A DNA stretch of 64,000 nt. It comes from Octopus sinensis (lineage: Eukaryota). The stretch is taken from assembly GCF_006345805.1 (NCBI RefSeq), contig NC_042998.1, positions 173,414,001-173,478,000 on the forward strand, read 5' to 3'. Both the position numbers and the translations under genes were made by a program. The notes beneath the pieces were generated by a model. That model was not told the origin of the DNA. It ran no database searches and saw only the letters and a program-made list of their open reading frames with translations. This document shows positions 1-13,099 of the stretch, piece after piece. Positions within the stretch are counted from its first letter, which is position 1, and each line of letters begins with the position of its first letter.

Positions 1-2
1 CA

Positions 3-94
3 AGAAAGAACAGCTAAAGTCAAAACCACTAATTAGAGAATTCCCTTCGAGAATTTCTCCCTAATTAGTGGTTTGGACTTTAGCTGTTCTTTCT
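3..94. repeat. 34-bp inverted repeat (hairpin), PLE pseudo-LTR-type end
   Basis: agaaagaacagctaaagtcaaaaccactaattag (3-36) pairs with 61-94 with 1 mismatch. The aaaaccacta motif recurs in the pLTR-type ends at 14588, 23760, 26479 and 38139. Confidence 0.8.
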
Positions 95-144
95 AGCGTA
101 AAGGATTCCTATGATGGAAACCTCTTAATGTGTTTAAATGTACA

Positions 145-184
<40 letters not shown>

Positions 185-194
185 TATATATATA

Positions 195-410
195 TAAGTT
201 AATCCAAACATGAAAACACAACAACGCGAGGACGTGGAACAAGTATAGTATTATTGGACGCTCAGGAAAGAAGGAAAGAAGGAGGTTTTAACTTTTCGAG
301 CGGAACTCTTCGTCAGAAACATAGGAAAAGGAAAGATACAAAGAGTGGAAGACGGAGGGGAAAATCGCCAAAGGTACACACGCAGTCACGTTTTGAATAT
401 ATGTATATAT
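195..410 (-). mobile_element. ~215-bp non-autonomous hammerhead-bearing unit, copy 1, flanked by (TA)n
   Basis: Homologous to 15125-15345 (aatccaaac...gaggacgtggaa...ctcttcgtcagaaa...cacacg..gtcac). Both copies are bounded by TA runs. Confidence 0.75.
285..320 (-). ncRNA. Minimal type I hammerhead ribozyme motif (stem III mismatch)
   Basis: Minus strand reads GUUU CUGACGA A GAGU-UCC-GCUC GAAA AG UU AAAAC. Core boxes are intact, but one position of the ACGU palindrome is changed. Confidence 0.6.
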
Positions 411-484
411 ATATATATAAAGAGAGTGAGAGAGAGATTTTGAATGTATGTATATTTAGGTATGTAACATAACATTTTTGGGTT

Positions 485-850
485 CTTTTCCCTTGTTTCA
501 GCCATTAGACTCCCACCGTTTTGGAAAACCACCTGAAAGAATTTTAGTCGAACGAATCAATTTCAGTACATTTTTTTTTCTTTAAACCAGGTGCTTATTC
601 TATTGATTTCTTTTGGCGTACTGCTTGCTTACGTCAACCTAAACACACCAAAGCCTGCGTGAAGTTGTTGACAAACACAGACACTATTATACTCACGTGA
701 ATACAAATATATGTACACGCCGGACTTCTTTTAGTTTCTTCATACCCAATCCACTTGCACGCCTTTGGTAGGCTCTGAGCTGTTGTAGAAGAGACTTGCT
801 CAAGTTGCCAAACCGCGGAACTGGACCCGGAACCATGTGGTAGGGAATAT
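485..850 (-). mobile_element. Degenerate tRNA-derived SINE, family A
   Basis: Reverse-complement similarity to the intact copies at 10186, 58255 and 63588 (aaccatgtgg, gacttgctcaag, cttgtttcagccatt). Confidence 0.7.
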
Positions 851-1033
851 TGTACACAAATGTATGTAAATATTTACATTTATGCATCTGTATGCGTTTG
901 TTTGTGTGTGTTTGTGTGTGTGAGCGCGCTTACAGCCTTATGTGTAAAAATAGGCATTACTTATAATTGTTATCATCAAAATATATCATCAAAGTTATTT
1001 TCATCACTATCATTTATATTACTTTATCATGTA

Positions 1034-1421
1034 CTAGTAGTATCGCCCGGCGTTGCTCGGGTTTGTAAGGGAAATAACTATAAAGCATTTTTAGAGAGTT
1101 ATAGCCAAAAAATAGCCAAAAAATGCATTAAAAATGGAAAAAATATGATTGTAATTTTTTTTTAAATCGTTGACTCATCGTAGACATTTTTAGAGAGTTA
1201 CTTCCCTTTAAAAAAATATGCATTAAAATGGAAAAAATGATGGTAAATTATTTTTAAAATCGTAGACTCATCGTAGACGCACGCTTACACCAAGAAGGGC
1301 TCGATATGAATCACGACTATAAGATACTCGGTTTTGGTTAAACTGCACCGCAAAATGTGGGAGTAGTTAGGAATCTAAATCGGAGTAGACAGACACACAA
1401 CCTTACTTTTATATATAAAGA
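1034..1421 (-). mobile_element. Non-autonomous Helitron, family 1
   Basis: Minus strand: A|TCTTTATATATAAAAG ... cccgagcaacgccggg hairpin ... CTAG|T. These are canonical 5' TC and 3' CTAG ends at an A|T site. There is also an internal ~90-bp tandem duplication (about 1083-1275). Confidence 0.8.
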
Positions 1422-1868
1422 TTACTTTTCAGTTTTCATTTACTCTATAAAATGATTTTGTTTCAATAATCAGTTACAATTAAAACTTCAATTCTTGAAT
1501 TTAGAATTGTCTTTTGATTGTATAAATATCATTATATCTTTTTCATAAAGCGCACGCAATCACACAAACACACACATACACATACACACACACACATGCA
1601 CACACACATATATGTACATGATGTATATGCAAGCTTGTATAGTTATATGATTTCCCCATGGAGCATTGTGATGTAAAAGAAAATGGAACTTTCTTTATTA
1701 TAGCATGACCTCTGAATTAGGGAAATTCTGCAGACGTGTTGGCTAGACGTTGTGACACTGAAGAGCGAACAGATAGAAATATATTTTCGATTTCTCTAAT
1801 AAGGTTTCACACAATGAGATGGAGGATATCTATATCTATATTTATATCAATATGTACACACACACACA

Positions 1869-2264
<396 letters not shown>

Positions 2265-2354
2265 ACTTTACATGCACCCACACACGTGGGATTATTTAAA
2301 ATGGATATTATTGTCGGCGTAAATAGTAGTCTGCAATAAATAAAGTTTATGCCT

Positions 2355-2682
2355 TTAAAAGACTCCGCCGGTTACGACGACGAGGGTCCCAGCTGATACG
2401 ATCAACGGAACAGCTTGCTCGTGAAATTAACGTGCAAATGGCTGAGCATTCCACAGACACGTGTACCCTGAACGTAGTTCTCGGGGATAATAAGCGTGAC
2501 ACAGAGAGTGACAAGGCTGACCCTTTGAAATACAAGTACAACTCATTTTTGCCAGCTGAGTGGACTGGAGCAACGTGAAATAAAGTGTCTTGCTCAAGGA
2601 CACAACGCGTCGCCGGGAATCGAACTCACAACCTTACGATCATGAGCCGAATGCCCTAACCACTAAGCCACACGCCCTCACT
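2355..2682 (-). mobile_element. tRNA-derived SINE, family C, with 15-bp TSD
   Basis: Head has A box tggcttagtgg and B box gttcgattccc, followed by gtccttgagcaagacac. TSD ataaagtttatgcct lies at 2340-2354 and 2683-2697. Confidence 0.9.
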
Positions 2683-3876
2683 ATAAAGTTTATGCCTAAA
2701 CTAACATTCAATACTCTTAGTACTGGATATTAATCTGTGGTTGGTGCCGTAACTAGTATGGCTGCTGCTGCTGTTGCTGTTGCCGTTACTATTGCAGCTG
2801 CTCTAGTCGTTGCTGGAAGAAGATTTTTAATGTAAGATCAGTACAAAATACATATACGTATACATTATTTATATTATTTACATTCGACGGAAATTGCGCT
2901 TGAAATTGTTTAGCCGATTGTGAATACATACGCAAATCTCGACTACCATCATTTATAAGACTTGCCAACTTTTCAGAGTAATCAGACTTGTTCATCACTA
3001 CTGTAGCATTTCCCTTGTGCGCTGGCAATATTATAATGGAATTTCCATTCTGTAGTCTTTTGATAACGAACTTTTCTTCCTTAGTGATGTTTGGCTTAGG
3101 AGGTTTTGCTTTTTCTAGTACCTGTCTCACTTTCCACTTCAGTTCATCTCCCTGAGCTTTTGGTATCTTTACGGCTATCTCTTCAAAGGGGAGTATTATG
3201 TCCAAGTATGGAATACGCTTGATGGTTGTCGCAAAGTTAAAACCATTGTTCAGTACTGCTTCTTCAGGGGTTTCTTGGTGTCGGCTACTTACATTAATTG
3301 CTGCTTTCACAGGTGGGTGACGTATTTCAGTCTTCATACTCTGACCTTTGAGTTGCATAAACTTCTTAAAATAATAGACAGTTAAGATAATTGACAGAGA
3401 ACACCACCGTAAAGTCTGGCGTGTCTTCACCATTTCAAATTCTTTCATGTGCGACTTTTCCAGATCTTGAAGGCTTCTCTTTCTATCATTATCTCTGGTT
3501 AGTTTTCTAAGTAATGAAGATAACTTCTCTTTGATTACATTTAGTTGATGTTTTTCCAACGGTTATTATAGATCCTCTCACGGACGAGGGCATGTCTTTT
3601 AGCTTTATGTGAATCGACTGGTGTCATTATATTCAAGCTAGGTGGTATTAGCTTTGAGTCTCTATACATTATTTCATTGAGTCTCTACATCTACATAAGA
3701 AAGTTAGATGGTTTGAAAGACGAGCTAGTTTTTTGTGGAGTTTCTCTATACGTCTCCATTGAAGTCCAATGTCGGCTCCGTACCGATTAGATAATACAGT
3801 TCTATATTTAAGAGATGAGGAATTATGTATAATATTTACATACGACGGATATTTGTCCTCATCTTGTTTCTTGTTA

Positions 3877-3920
3877 ATACAACGTTTCGGCTGATATACC
3901 CTCCAGCCTTCTTCAGGTGT
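3877..3920 (-). ncRNA. Type I hammerhead ribozyme in PLE pLTR, intact core
   Basis: ACAC CUGAAGA A GGCUG-GAGGGUAUAU-CAGCC GAAA CG UU GUAU. It has a perfect 5-bp stem II, a palindromic AACGUU stem III and 3 of 4 stem I pairs. Confidence 0.8.
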
Positions 3921-3967
3921 CTTGGGGAAATTTTGAACCTGGGTTCTCATTCCTAAGGTATTTTTCG

Positions 3968-3982
3968 ATGTTGTTGTTGTTG

Positions 3983-4063
<81 letters not shown>

Positions 4064-4085
4064 TTATTATTATTGTTGTTATTGT
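3968..4085. repeat. (GTT)n/(ATT)n microsatellite inside the PLE pLTR
   Basis: Read directly. It explains the poly-Asn and poly-Leu ORFs. Confidence 0.95.
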
Positions 4086-5754
4086 TCAGGTCACTGCTTG
4101 GAATCAAACTCGGAGTCTCGGGGTTAGTAGCCCGCGCTACGCCATATGCCCGTAGCTGCACTACGCCATATGCCCGTGGGCAATTATGGAGTGGATTTTA
4201 GGGCTTATAAATCTAATATTTTTCTATCCTTCCTTAATACCGGTTCCCACATGCTCATTTCTGCACTCGGTTTGCTTAAGAGGTTGTTGTGTCCTAGCAT
4301 ATGTGCTGCTTTTTTTAGTTTTCGTATTTTCTAGCAGTGTTATCTGTCTATTATTTTAACTTCATCCCACAGGGGGAGGTAGTCTCCATTTTTCCATACA
4401 TGATCAGCTATACCCGATTTATCAATATCTCCTCGTGTCACAGCTTTGCGATGTTCGTCTACCCTTATCTTCAGGTGGTGGCATTTTTCGCCTTTGTATA
4501 ACCTACCACAGTTGTATGGATTGAGTACATGCAGTCTTTGGTCATATTCTCTTCTATTGGTGGTTTTACTCGAAGGAGATATTTGCGAAGTGTTGTATAA
4601 CTCTTGCATACTGTCCTGATGTCATATGGGCCGCATATCTTTTGTATCTTTTCGGAGAGGCTTTTCACATAGGGTAGACAGACTGTGGACAGTTTACTGG
4701 TCTCATCCTCTCTCTTCTTCATAATTGGAGAGGATAGTATACTTTTGGGGTAATTGTTGCTTAACAGATCGTTATTGAGTTTGATCATTTCTTCGTGGTG
4801 TGTATCACGTTCGGTACTTATATTCTTTGCACTATGTTTTAGGCACTGAACAATCCCTCTCTTTACACTGTATTGATGGTGGGAATTGAAGTTGAGGTAT
4901 CGTGCAGTGAAGGTCGTCTTGCGGTATACGGATGTCTTGAATCCATACTTGGTGCGTGTTATTATTAAATACTGTACATAATTTTTCATCTCTTAAATAT
5001 AGAACATATACTTATATATAAAATAAATATCTTCATAGAATTCTTAAAAGAAGCAACCCAAAGGAGGAACGGCTGCGGAAGGATGAAAAGCGAAACAGAC
5101 CCCACTAGGCAGAGATAAAAAGAAGTAATGTTGATGTAGTATTATAAATATTCTAATATATCTAGTTAGGTGGTGCTAAATCGCTTTGATATTTCCACTA
5201 TTCTTGTTAATGCTTATCGTTACTTTCAACATAAATATACAAATATGTAATAAATGTGTATTATTGGTCATATCTATGTCAGAAAATTTCTACTACTTAA
5301 TCTAGTGACTAAGAATGCTTCTGCTAGTTTTCTCGTCTTGTTAGACCTAATAGCAAATGTTCATCAAATTACACCCTATGGTCATTTAAAATGGTGGATA
5401 ATTCGATAATATATACTTAAGCATGCAATGATTGAGAAAATGAAATGATTAGTGAAGGCCAGAGCGCATTTTAAAATAGATCTGTTCGATCAATAAAAAT
5501 GCCGCCACCACTATTACCACCAACACTAGCAATAACTGCTGCTGTAACTCATAAAGAGTGAAATTAATTACAGTAAGTTATTCTGTACATTTTTGACAAT
5601 TAGTCCAATAATAAAATTAAGAAGTATAATGATTGTAATATTTCTCACGTAGCAACAGGGACTGAAATCGTGAGGAGTGGTTATTCGATTATATCGAAAT
5701 TGCCATTTGTACTTACTACTGCTTTATTTTATTGACCCTCCCCGCGCCAGCATA

Positions 5755-5971
5755 TACGAGCAGGTGCTGAAAAGTTCATAGAAGTAAGGGTATTGCGAAA
5801 AGCCTGATTGGAGGCCCAACATTCAGAATTCTTTTACAAGCTTGAGAAAAACTGAAAGATTGCTGCAATAAGTGGGGGAATTTGAGAAGGGCATATGTTA
5901 AGTACAATCATAATTAACTTATCGTCCTGTATTTTCTTTTACCCAAAGCCAGGAACGTTGTACCCCTCGTA
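5755..5971 (+). mobile_element. Mariner-derived MITE
   Basis: TA-bounded TIRs tacgag..gtgctgaaaagttc / agccaggaacgttg..cccctcgta. The interior resembles a decayed mariner transposase C-terminus (LEKLKDCCNK...GxYV). Confidence 0.75.
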
Positions 5972-6547
5972 TGAATAGCTAAGTTGACGGGACCTGAAAC
6001 CGTAAGGATGACGCAAGGCATTTAGCCCTAGGTTGCAATGACTCTGCCAGTTCACAACCCTATTGATTATAAAAATATGAAGAGGAATGAAAAGAAACCA
6101 ACTTACAAAAGACTTGAAACTTAACGGTTTCCCCATTTATCTAAACATTATTATCTATAATTGTTTTATAATATAAGCCGATTAAATCGATTTTACTGCT
6201 TTATTGGTAATTATTTTACCAACAGCGGAGAATTCAGAGATAAACTGTTGATTTTGGTAGGTTTTCAAAACGATAAGAGTTTTAGAAAAATAAAGAAAAA
6301 AGTGGACATTTTTCCGGTGAGTATTTTAAATTATAAGGCCCTAAAAGAGAATGACTCTCCCCAGACGCAACAGATTATGCTTCAACACACGAACTCACAT
6401 AAAGAATCCTGCAAAACAAATCCAAAAACGAAATATATATATGTATGCATATATGTGTATGTGTGTGTGTGTGAGTGTGTGTGTGTGTATGTATGCTTGT
6501 GTGTATTAGTTTTTACTCTTGTCACAGTTATAAGTATATAGCCATAT

Positions 6548-6830
6548 TGGATTTTTAGTCGAATGAATCTCCTCTGTACTTATTTTTTAAGCCCGCTACA
6601 TACTCTATCCTTCTCTTTTGCTGGACCTCTAAGATACGGAGACGTAAACACACCAACACTGGTTGTCAAGCGGTTATTGAGTACACACACACACACTAAT
6701 ACATGTGAGAGATTTCTTGCAATTTCCGTCTGCCAAATCCAATCACATGGCTTTGGTCGACTATAGTAGAAGTTATAGTGGAAGACACTTACTTAAGATT
6801 CCACACAGTGGGAATCAACCCGATGCACAG
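6548..6830 (-). mobile_element. Degenerate SINE family A
   Basis: gacgtaaacacaccaacactggttgtcaagcg and tttccgtctgccaaatcc match family A in reverse complement. Confidence 0.75.
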
Positions 6831-6875
6831 AAGCAATAAGACTCAATATTATGAAGAGGATATGTGTATTTGTAT

Positions 6876-7110
6876 AGAAGGCGGCGAGCTGGCAGAAACG
6901 TTAGCACGCTGGGCAAAATGTGTAGCCGTATTTCGTCTGCCGTTACGTTCTGAGTTCAAATTCCGCCGAGGTCGACTTTGCCTTTCATCCTTTCGGGGTC
7001 GATAAATTAAGTGCCAGTTACGCACTGGGGTCGATGTAATCGACTTAATCCCTTTGTCTGTCCTTGTTTGTCTCCTCTATGTTTAGCCCCTTGTGGGTAA
7101 TAAAGAAACA
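6876..7110 (+). mobile_element. tRNA-derived SINE, family B, with 17-bp TSD
   Basis: ggcggcgagctggcagaaacgttagc...gagttcaaattccgccgaggtcgac...aataaagaaa. TSD gatatgtgtatttgtat lies at 6859-6875 and 7111-7127. Confidence 0.92.
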
Positions 7111-7141
7111 GATATGTGTATTTGTATGACTTTGTTTAATA

Positions 7142-7537
7142 CTAGTAGGACCCATGGAAATTCCACGGAATGGGAAAAAAACTAAGAGAGCCTGTTTAAG
7201 ACATAAACCATGATTTGCATTTTTATAACGTAGTTTAGCTCTCTATAAATATTCTTGACTGGCGTCTTTATTGATTTCCTCACGTTTCCGTTAGTGTAGT
7301 CTTTCTCCCCTTTTAATTATATTTTCTTACTGTTCCGCTCTGATCCGTGCTCTATGTCTGAATATACTGTCTCGGGTAGCTAGTAACCGTGTATTTTGTG
7401 AATCCAGAGTTTAGGCTAAATTAACCCTTATAAACAAATAACAATTTCTTAAGTGAGCGATGGTCGCTATGAAAAGAAAATACTTTTCTCTATCAACACA
7501 CCACCACCACCACCACCGCCGCCGCCGCCATCTGTCA

Positions 7538-7577
<40 letters not shown>

Positions 7578-8050
7578 ATAACTGCCTCCCTGTTCATCTC
7601 CCTCAATCTAGCTTTCTCTTACGCTTTTTAACTATGTAATAAGTATTCCTTACCCACCCGACCGCTCGACGTTAACACTTCTCTCTCATTTTTTCTCTTG
7701 TCTTTTTCCCACGTTTTTCGCCCCTCCCTTCAGTTGACCACGTGGCCATTTGACCAAAGAGTATTAATATTAAACTCATGTCCCTACTTCTTCTTCTCTT
7801 CTTTCTTCACTCCTCCCCCTCCTCCTCTATCTCTCTCACTTTCTCTCAGACTACTCCACCTCTACCTCTGTAACTAATATATAATGGGCGAACGAAGAAG
7901 CAGATTATTATACAGATTTGTAGTGATTCAGTGGCTTGAAGTTTCTTGCTAAACACGGTCAACTTAACAGAATTTAAGCTTTCTTCTGAATAAATAGGAA
8001 AACAGAAAATAACCAAAAAATCACTCTTGGAAAGAAAATGCGCTATAATA
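7142..8050 (-). mobile_element. Probable non-autonomous Helitron (3' end clear, 5' extent uncertain)
   Basis: The minus strand ends ccgtggaatttccatgg (hairpin) gtcctaCTAG|T at 7142. The other boundary is only estimated. Confidence 0.5.
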
Positions 8051-8233
8051 TCACGTATTAAAAGAAAGTTTTCAGGAACAACCATAGCTGAAGTGTATAT
8101 GTGTGTCTTCATGTATGTATTCATGTGTACGTAAGCATGTGTGTATATATACGTGTGTGTGTATGTGTGTGTGTACGTGCCACTACACACATTTTTTTCT
8201 CTCCTTGTTTCTCTCCTTGTTTTTTCGGTGTCC

Positions 8234-8269
8234 CTTTCTGTAGAGGTGCGTAGGCTCGAAGCGTAAAAG
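8234..8269 (+). ncRNA. Degenerate hammerhead-like motif
   Basis: CUUU CUGUAGA GGUGC-GUAG-GCUC GAAG CG UA AAAG. The layout and 4-bp stem I are kept but both core boxes are mutated. It resembles the 285/15231 family. Confidence 0.4.
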
Positions 8270-8395
8270 ACATTTTACATTTCTGAGCGTTATACTAATA
8301 CATCTGTTTGTTTTGTACACCACCTGTCTTCGTCTTTTGTTTATTTCGTATACTTCCCCTATGTATGTATGTATGTATGTATGTATGTATGTATG

Positions 8396-8432
<37 letters not shown>

Positions 8433-9087
8433 GTATGGTTGTATGTATGTATGCCGGCACCCATAATTACGTACACTTATTCTCATTTCATACATACTGA
8501 ATACGTGAGCGTAGTAAATACATTTGTACGAAAAATTTTTAATACCGACGTAATATAATGTAGACGTATACAATATGGCGTATGAGAAATGCACTATATA
8601 GTTTATACATATTTACAGATATGATATATGTATATGACCATTCAAACACACAAACATACACAGGCACTCGGGTATATTTCGTATACACCTTTATATATAT
8701 AAAAACGCATTATATGCCCAAGTATATGTTCGCAATTACATATATATATGGGCACGTTTACACACGCAAAAGCAATTTCACAAACGAAAAGTAACCAAGA
8801 AGAAATAATCGAAAAATAAAAAGAAACGGTGGAAAATGAAATTATACACTTTGGGAAAATAAAAGTGTTGTACAAATGTATAGGCATATTGATATAAGGA
8901 ATATATGCATATTAAAAATGAACAAATTTATACACATAGATACAAACAAACATACATGCATAGAAGCATTCATACGTATATCCATACGTACATACAAACA
9001 TACATACACAGATATATATTTATAAATACTTACACACACACACACACACACGCGCGCGTACACGCACACGCACACGCAGACACACAC

Positions 9088-9141
<54 letters not shown>

Positions 9142-10185
9142 TTTACTCACAAGAGAGGGTGGACGTTATTCTTAACGTCAGCATTTAGTCTTTTTGTGAT
9201 CACTTCTACAGCCGCTAGCTTATCCAATTCCTGACCAAATTAATGTTGTTAAATATCATTTAGATATAATGGAAAATTCTTTGGGTAAAATTTACAAGAA
9301 AATGCTTTTGAAAAACGGGACTAACGTATGAAGATTCTAAGATTCTAAGACTTTTAGCTTCCTAATTTCATTATAATTTTTGATGCAGTTACATCTAAAT
9401 GAAGGATCTCGATAGGAGGAATTAAAATCTGGAAACCATCTCAAAATTGATGCAGGAGAAAGAGAATTGTGGTTAAGATTAATCAAATCGAAAAAGAAGA
9501 AGACTTAAGTTTATCGCTAAGGAATCTTTGTTAGTGTAGGGGGAAAATAGTAAATTTAATCTTTCTTAGAATATCAAAAAGAGCAGAACACTATGTTAAA
9601 AACAGCAACAAAATTTGTACAGTAGAACATTGGAGCAAGCAATTGTCAGATTTGATGGCGACCAGAAAATTTTGCGTCTGCTCTGGGTGCATCTCGGAAA
9701 TATAAACCTGACCAGTCCAATTTTGTCTGAAACTCATCAATACACCATTGTTGTACAGATTTTTGACTGAAGACATAAAATTCTTCTACTATTGCTTTAT
9801 TGAATTTTCTTCCTTCGCTTTGGGCTCCACATTAGCAATTTTATATTATTTACTTTTTGTCAATTTATGTAATTTCTTTTTTAGATATAATTTAAACTTG
9901 TTTCTAAAAATTTAATTTCTCCTTTATGTGTTTTGAGTTTACTCTCAATAACAAGTATTTTGTTACAAAATTAGACAAACAGGCAAATGGGAGCGTAGGA
10001 GGGAAAATATTCTTAATTGTCTGAACCTAGAAAAATACAGGATAAGAATAAAATAGAAGCTTAAACATATTGCAGCTGAAAGTGGAAATGAAATTTTAAA
10101 AATATATGGTTTTTAGTTACAATGCAAAATAAAAACAAATGTACACTCCATTTTAAATTCTCGTTTGTGAAGAAACTTTTATATG

Positions 10186-10588
10186 GCAGAGGAGTGACGT
10201 TGTGGTAAGTAGCTTGCTTACCAACCACATGGTTCTGGGTTCAGTCCCACTGCGTGGCACCTTGGGCAAGTGTCTTCTACTATAGCCTCGGACCGATCAA
10301 AGCCTTGTGCGTGAATTTGGTAGACGAAAACTGAAAGAAGCCCGTCGTATATATATATGTGTGTGTGTGAATACGTTTGTGTGTCTGTGTTTGTCTCCCC
10401 AATATCGCTTGACAACTGATGCTGATGTGTTTACGTCCCCGTAACATAGCGGTTCGGCAAAAGAGATCGATAGAATAAGTACTGGGTTTACAAAGAATAA
10501 GTCCTGGGGTCGATTTGCTCGACTAAAGGGGGTGCTCCAGCATGACCACAGTCAAATGACTGAAACGAGTAAAAGAGAGTAAAGAGTA
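10186..10588 (+). mobile_element. SINE family A, full length
   Basis: tRNA-like head, ccttgggcaagtgtctt segment, central (TA)n(TG)n and gagtaaaaga tail. Confidence 0.92.
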
Positions 10589-11254
10589 TGGCACTTCTTA
10601 TATTTACTCCCCATGAAATATAATCTGGTTGACGGTGGGTGAGATTCCAAGCACTATTTTATGATGGAGATGTAGACTAACTTTCAACATTTTACGAAAT
10701 TTAGATATCTTATGTTTTACAAGTATAACTGAGTTGGTATTTAGGCATTCAGAAATATGACCTTATGTAGTGGGGAGGTTGTGTTTAGGATATGCCTCAA
10801 CTTGCTTCGAAGCAGTCATAGAGGTACTAGTTCCTCTTCGGCTGAATATTTTGGTACTTTTGGTACTTTTAATTAAGTCTCTCTCATTCTATAAAAAATT
10901 AAAATTTATCCTACTAGATTATAAAGGATTCAAAATCTGACTCTGAATCCCTGGAAAGCCAACAGTCTTGAGCTCTTGATGCCTAGAACCCCCTCCACAG
11001 CTGCAGCACTCACGTCGTTTGTAAAACTCCGTTTCCCAATATTTTTAAAGTCTAATTTATTTTCCTCAAATTCCACATGAAGAATTGTCAGTTAGAGAGG
11101 CACATGAGAAGGTGACATTTGGGAAATGTACACTAGGTAATGTAATTGCAATACAATAAAAAACACTTCTGTATTAATAATTGGGTATTCTACCAGCAGT
11201 ATATTTGATAGATATTATCCCGTAGTGGGTTGGATTGACAACCCCTAACTTTCT

Positions 11255-11296
11255 TGTCAGATTTACATAAATATATACATAAAATATTTTGGCAAC

Positions 11297-11332
<36 letters not shown>

Positions 11333-11465
11333 ACACACACACACACACACACACACTCAGGTACATGCATGCATATACATATATCTGCAAAATATTTATA
11401 TGTCAGATTTACATAAATATATACATAAAATATTTTGGCAACGACACACACACTCTCTCACACAG

Positions 11466-11500
<35 letters not shown>

Positions 11501-11520
11501 ACACACACACACACTCAAAT
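11255..11520. repeat. Local tandem duplication (~145-bp unit with (CA)n)
   Basis: tgtcagatttacataaatatatacataaaatattttggcaac occurs at about 11255 and 11401, each followed by (CA)n. Confidence 0.85.
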
Positions 11521-11876
11521 ATCTGCAACACGCTGGCTTCTGTATGCTGTCTAAAAAGTATAGTTTTATAATTATGAATAAAAAATATATAACCATCCTG
11601 AATGTTTGCGAATATATTCATAGATATTTATATAAGTTTTCCCGGTAATTCATTTTCTGAATTTTTCACTAGATGCAAGAAACGACCTCGTATGTTGGAA
11701 CTTAGACATCATCAGGGTAATCATGTACGTGTGTACATATATATATGTATATATGTATGGATTCATGCATACGCTTATGCATCTTCTCGTTATTTCCTGC
11801 TCTGTATCACAAAAACGTATCTTTCCGTTAACGTACAGCTGTCAGTTCAAGATGTACTATTCTGCTTATCAATATT

Positions 11877-12040
11877 ACGAGGATGGGCTAAAAGTTCATG
11901 GGCTGATTATGGTGGAGTGATGTTAGAGCTGTGAAATCTAACATTCATCAATTTCAACAATTCTTATTTACTGCATTGTTTGTTTGCAAGTAAACTGACA
12001 ACTGACAGTTCAAAGACATCAAAAGTAACTGATAGCAACA
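11877..12040 (+). mobile_element. Mariner-type left end remnant
   Basis: tacgaggatgggctaaaagttcatgggctga resembles the TIR of the 5755 MITE and starts at TA. Confidence 0.5.
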
Positions 12041-12289
12041 GCAGATATGTCATCGACAATGCAATACTGTTCCCAGTAGGACTCGCAGAAAACCTATAAT
12101 TCCCAAAAGCGAGTTGAAATATAAGTAATTCTCAAAACTGAGAGTGGTGTCCCTGTAACGAAGAAGTTTGTCGTATATTGTATTTTGTTTGTATACATAC
12201 ACAGGGGAAGAGAGAAAGTAACAGACTGACTGATAACCACAAATATGTTGATGGTGCCTGTATCTGTAGCTGTGTACAAACAATAACAA

Positions 12290-12740
12290 AAAATAATGGT
12301 GTTATATTTATTTTGAATTGATGTGTATTCATCCAATGCCAATGAGTAGCGAAGCCCCAGTACGACTTCTTTTTCGAAATAATGAATAAGTTCTTTTTTC
12401 TTGGTTATGTAATAATTCATTACCATATTCTTGACTCCGTTTGCAGATGTTGGTTGTAATTTATCATATTTGCCTCCCTGACTATGAAGATTTCTCTGTA
12501 TAAAATCGCTTTGGGCGATTCATTTGAAAGAGAATCCACCCATAGCAGCCAACTTTGAAACTTCTTCCATTAATTTCTTTGTTATAAAGTGTTCCATTAT
12601 TCTAGTCATTTCCACAGGAGGCTGGTTTGCATCTTGATTTATGTCGATTTGATGAATTTTCTTCAAGTGCAAAAATCAGAGACGTAGTAGATGCTCCAGA
12701 AGACTTTATGATCTTATCACACTTATTGCATTGAGGTTCA
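12290..12740 (-). pseudogene. hAT transposase remnant with BED-finger-like N-terminus
   Basis: Frameshifted translation CNKCDKIIKSSGASTTSL..HL..IH, then EEVSKLAAMGGFSF...YSLALDEYTS (hAT-type S-L-x-x-D-E-W-T motif). Confidence 0.7.
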
Positions 12741-13099
12741 TCTTTGTTTTTCCTATGAAAAAAACTTCCAAACAATTGATTTTCTTTTTATCATGCTAGG
12801 GCAAATGAAAATAATTAAGAAAAAACTTAGTTAGTGTTACTTCCTTGAAATGAATCTGGAACTGGTTATTATATATGCTCAATGGGAAAGATCACCTAAC
12901 TGAAGATTAACAGCATCCCCTTGACTTGCTATGAATAAACTGTTACCTCAAAATTCAAAGAGTCAGCTAGGGGCTAGCGAAGGAAATAACAAGGTGCTGA
13001 TCTATGGTTCAGAGGTAGAGAAGGTGAGAATTGATATGTTGCGATATGTTTCAATGAAACACACAGCACTCTCAACTAAAGGCGACCGACAACAGTTCA

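Larger units (their letters stand above)
2945..4965 (-). mobile_element. Penelope-like element, partial tandem (RT C-terminus and GIY-YIG, then pLTR, then ORF N-terminus)
   Basis: 4965-4470 encodes KTSVYRKTTFTARYLNFNSHH (PLE RT C-terminus). 4609-4340 is the GIY-YIG region (RVDEHRK...SGIADHVW). 3559-2945 is N-terminal, with NITKEE...ILPAHKGNATVVM (PADKG motif). Confidence 0.9.

Noticed and set aside
2600-2682. tRNA genes at SINE heads (also 10186, 38524, 61735)
   Set aside because: A and B boxes are present, but the sequence continues into SINE bodies with TSDs and no complete cloverleaf forms.
4137-4177. Short direct repeats (24-bp period here, 26 bp at 19576-19623, ~45 bp at 39868-39950) as CRISPR-like arrays
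   Set aside because: Each has only two adjacent copies, no unique spacers and a eukaryotic context.
3913-4201. Poly-Asn and poly-Leu ORFs
   Set aside because: They are produced by the (ATT)n tract in the PLE pLTR.
9300-11150. Very decayed L1/Tx1-like element (GHISEC and CCSC knuckle-like strings, a DFN string)
   Set aside because: The motifs are too short and scattered across frames to support a call by eye.
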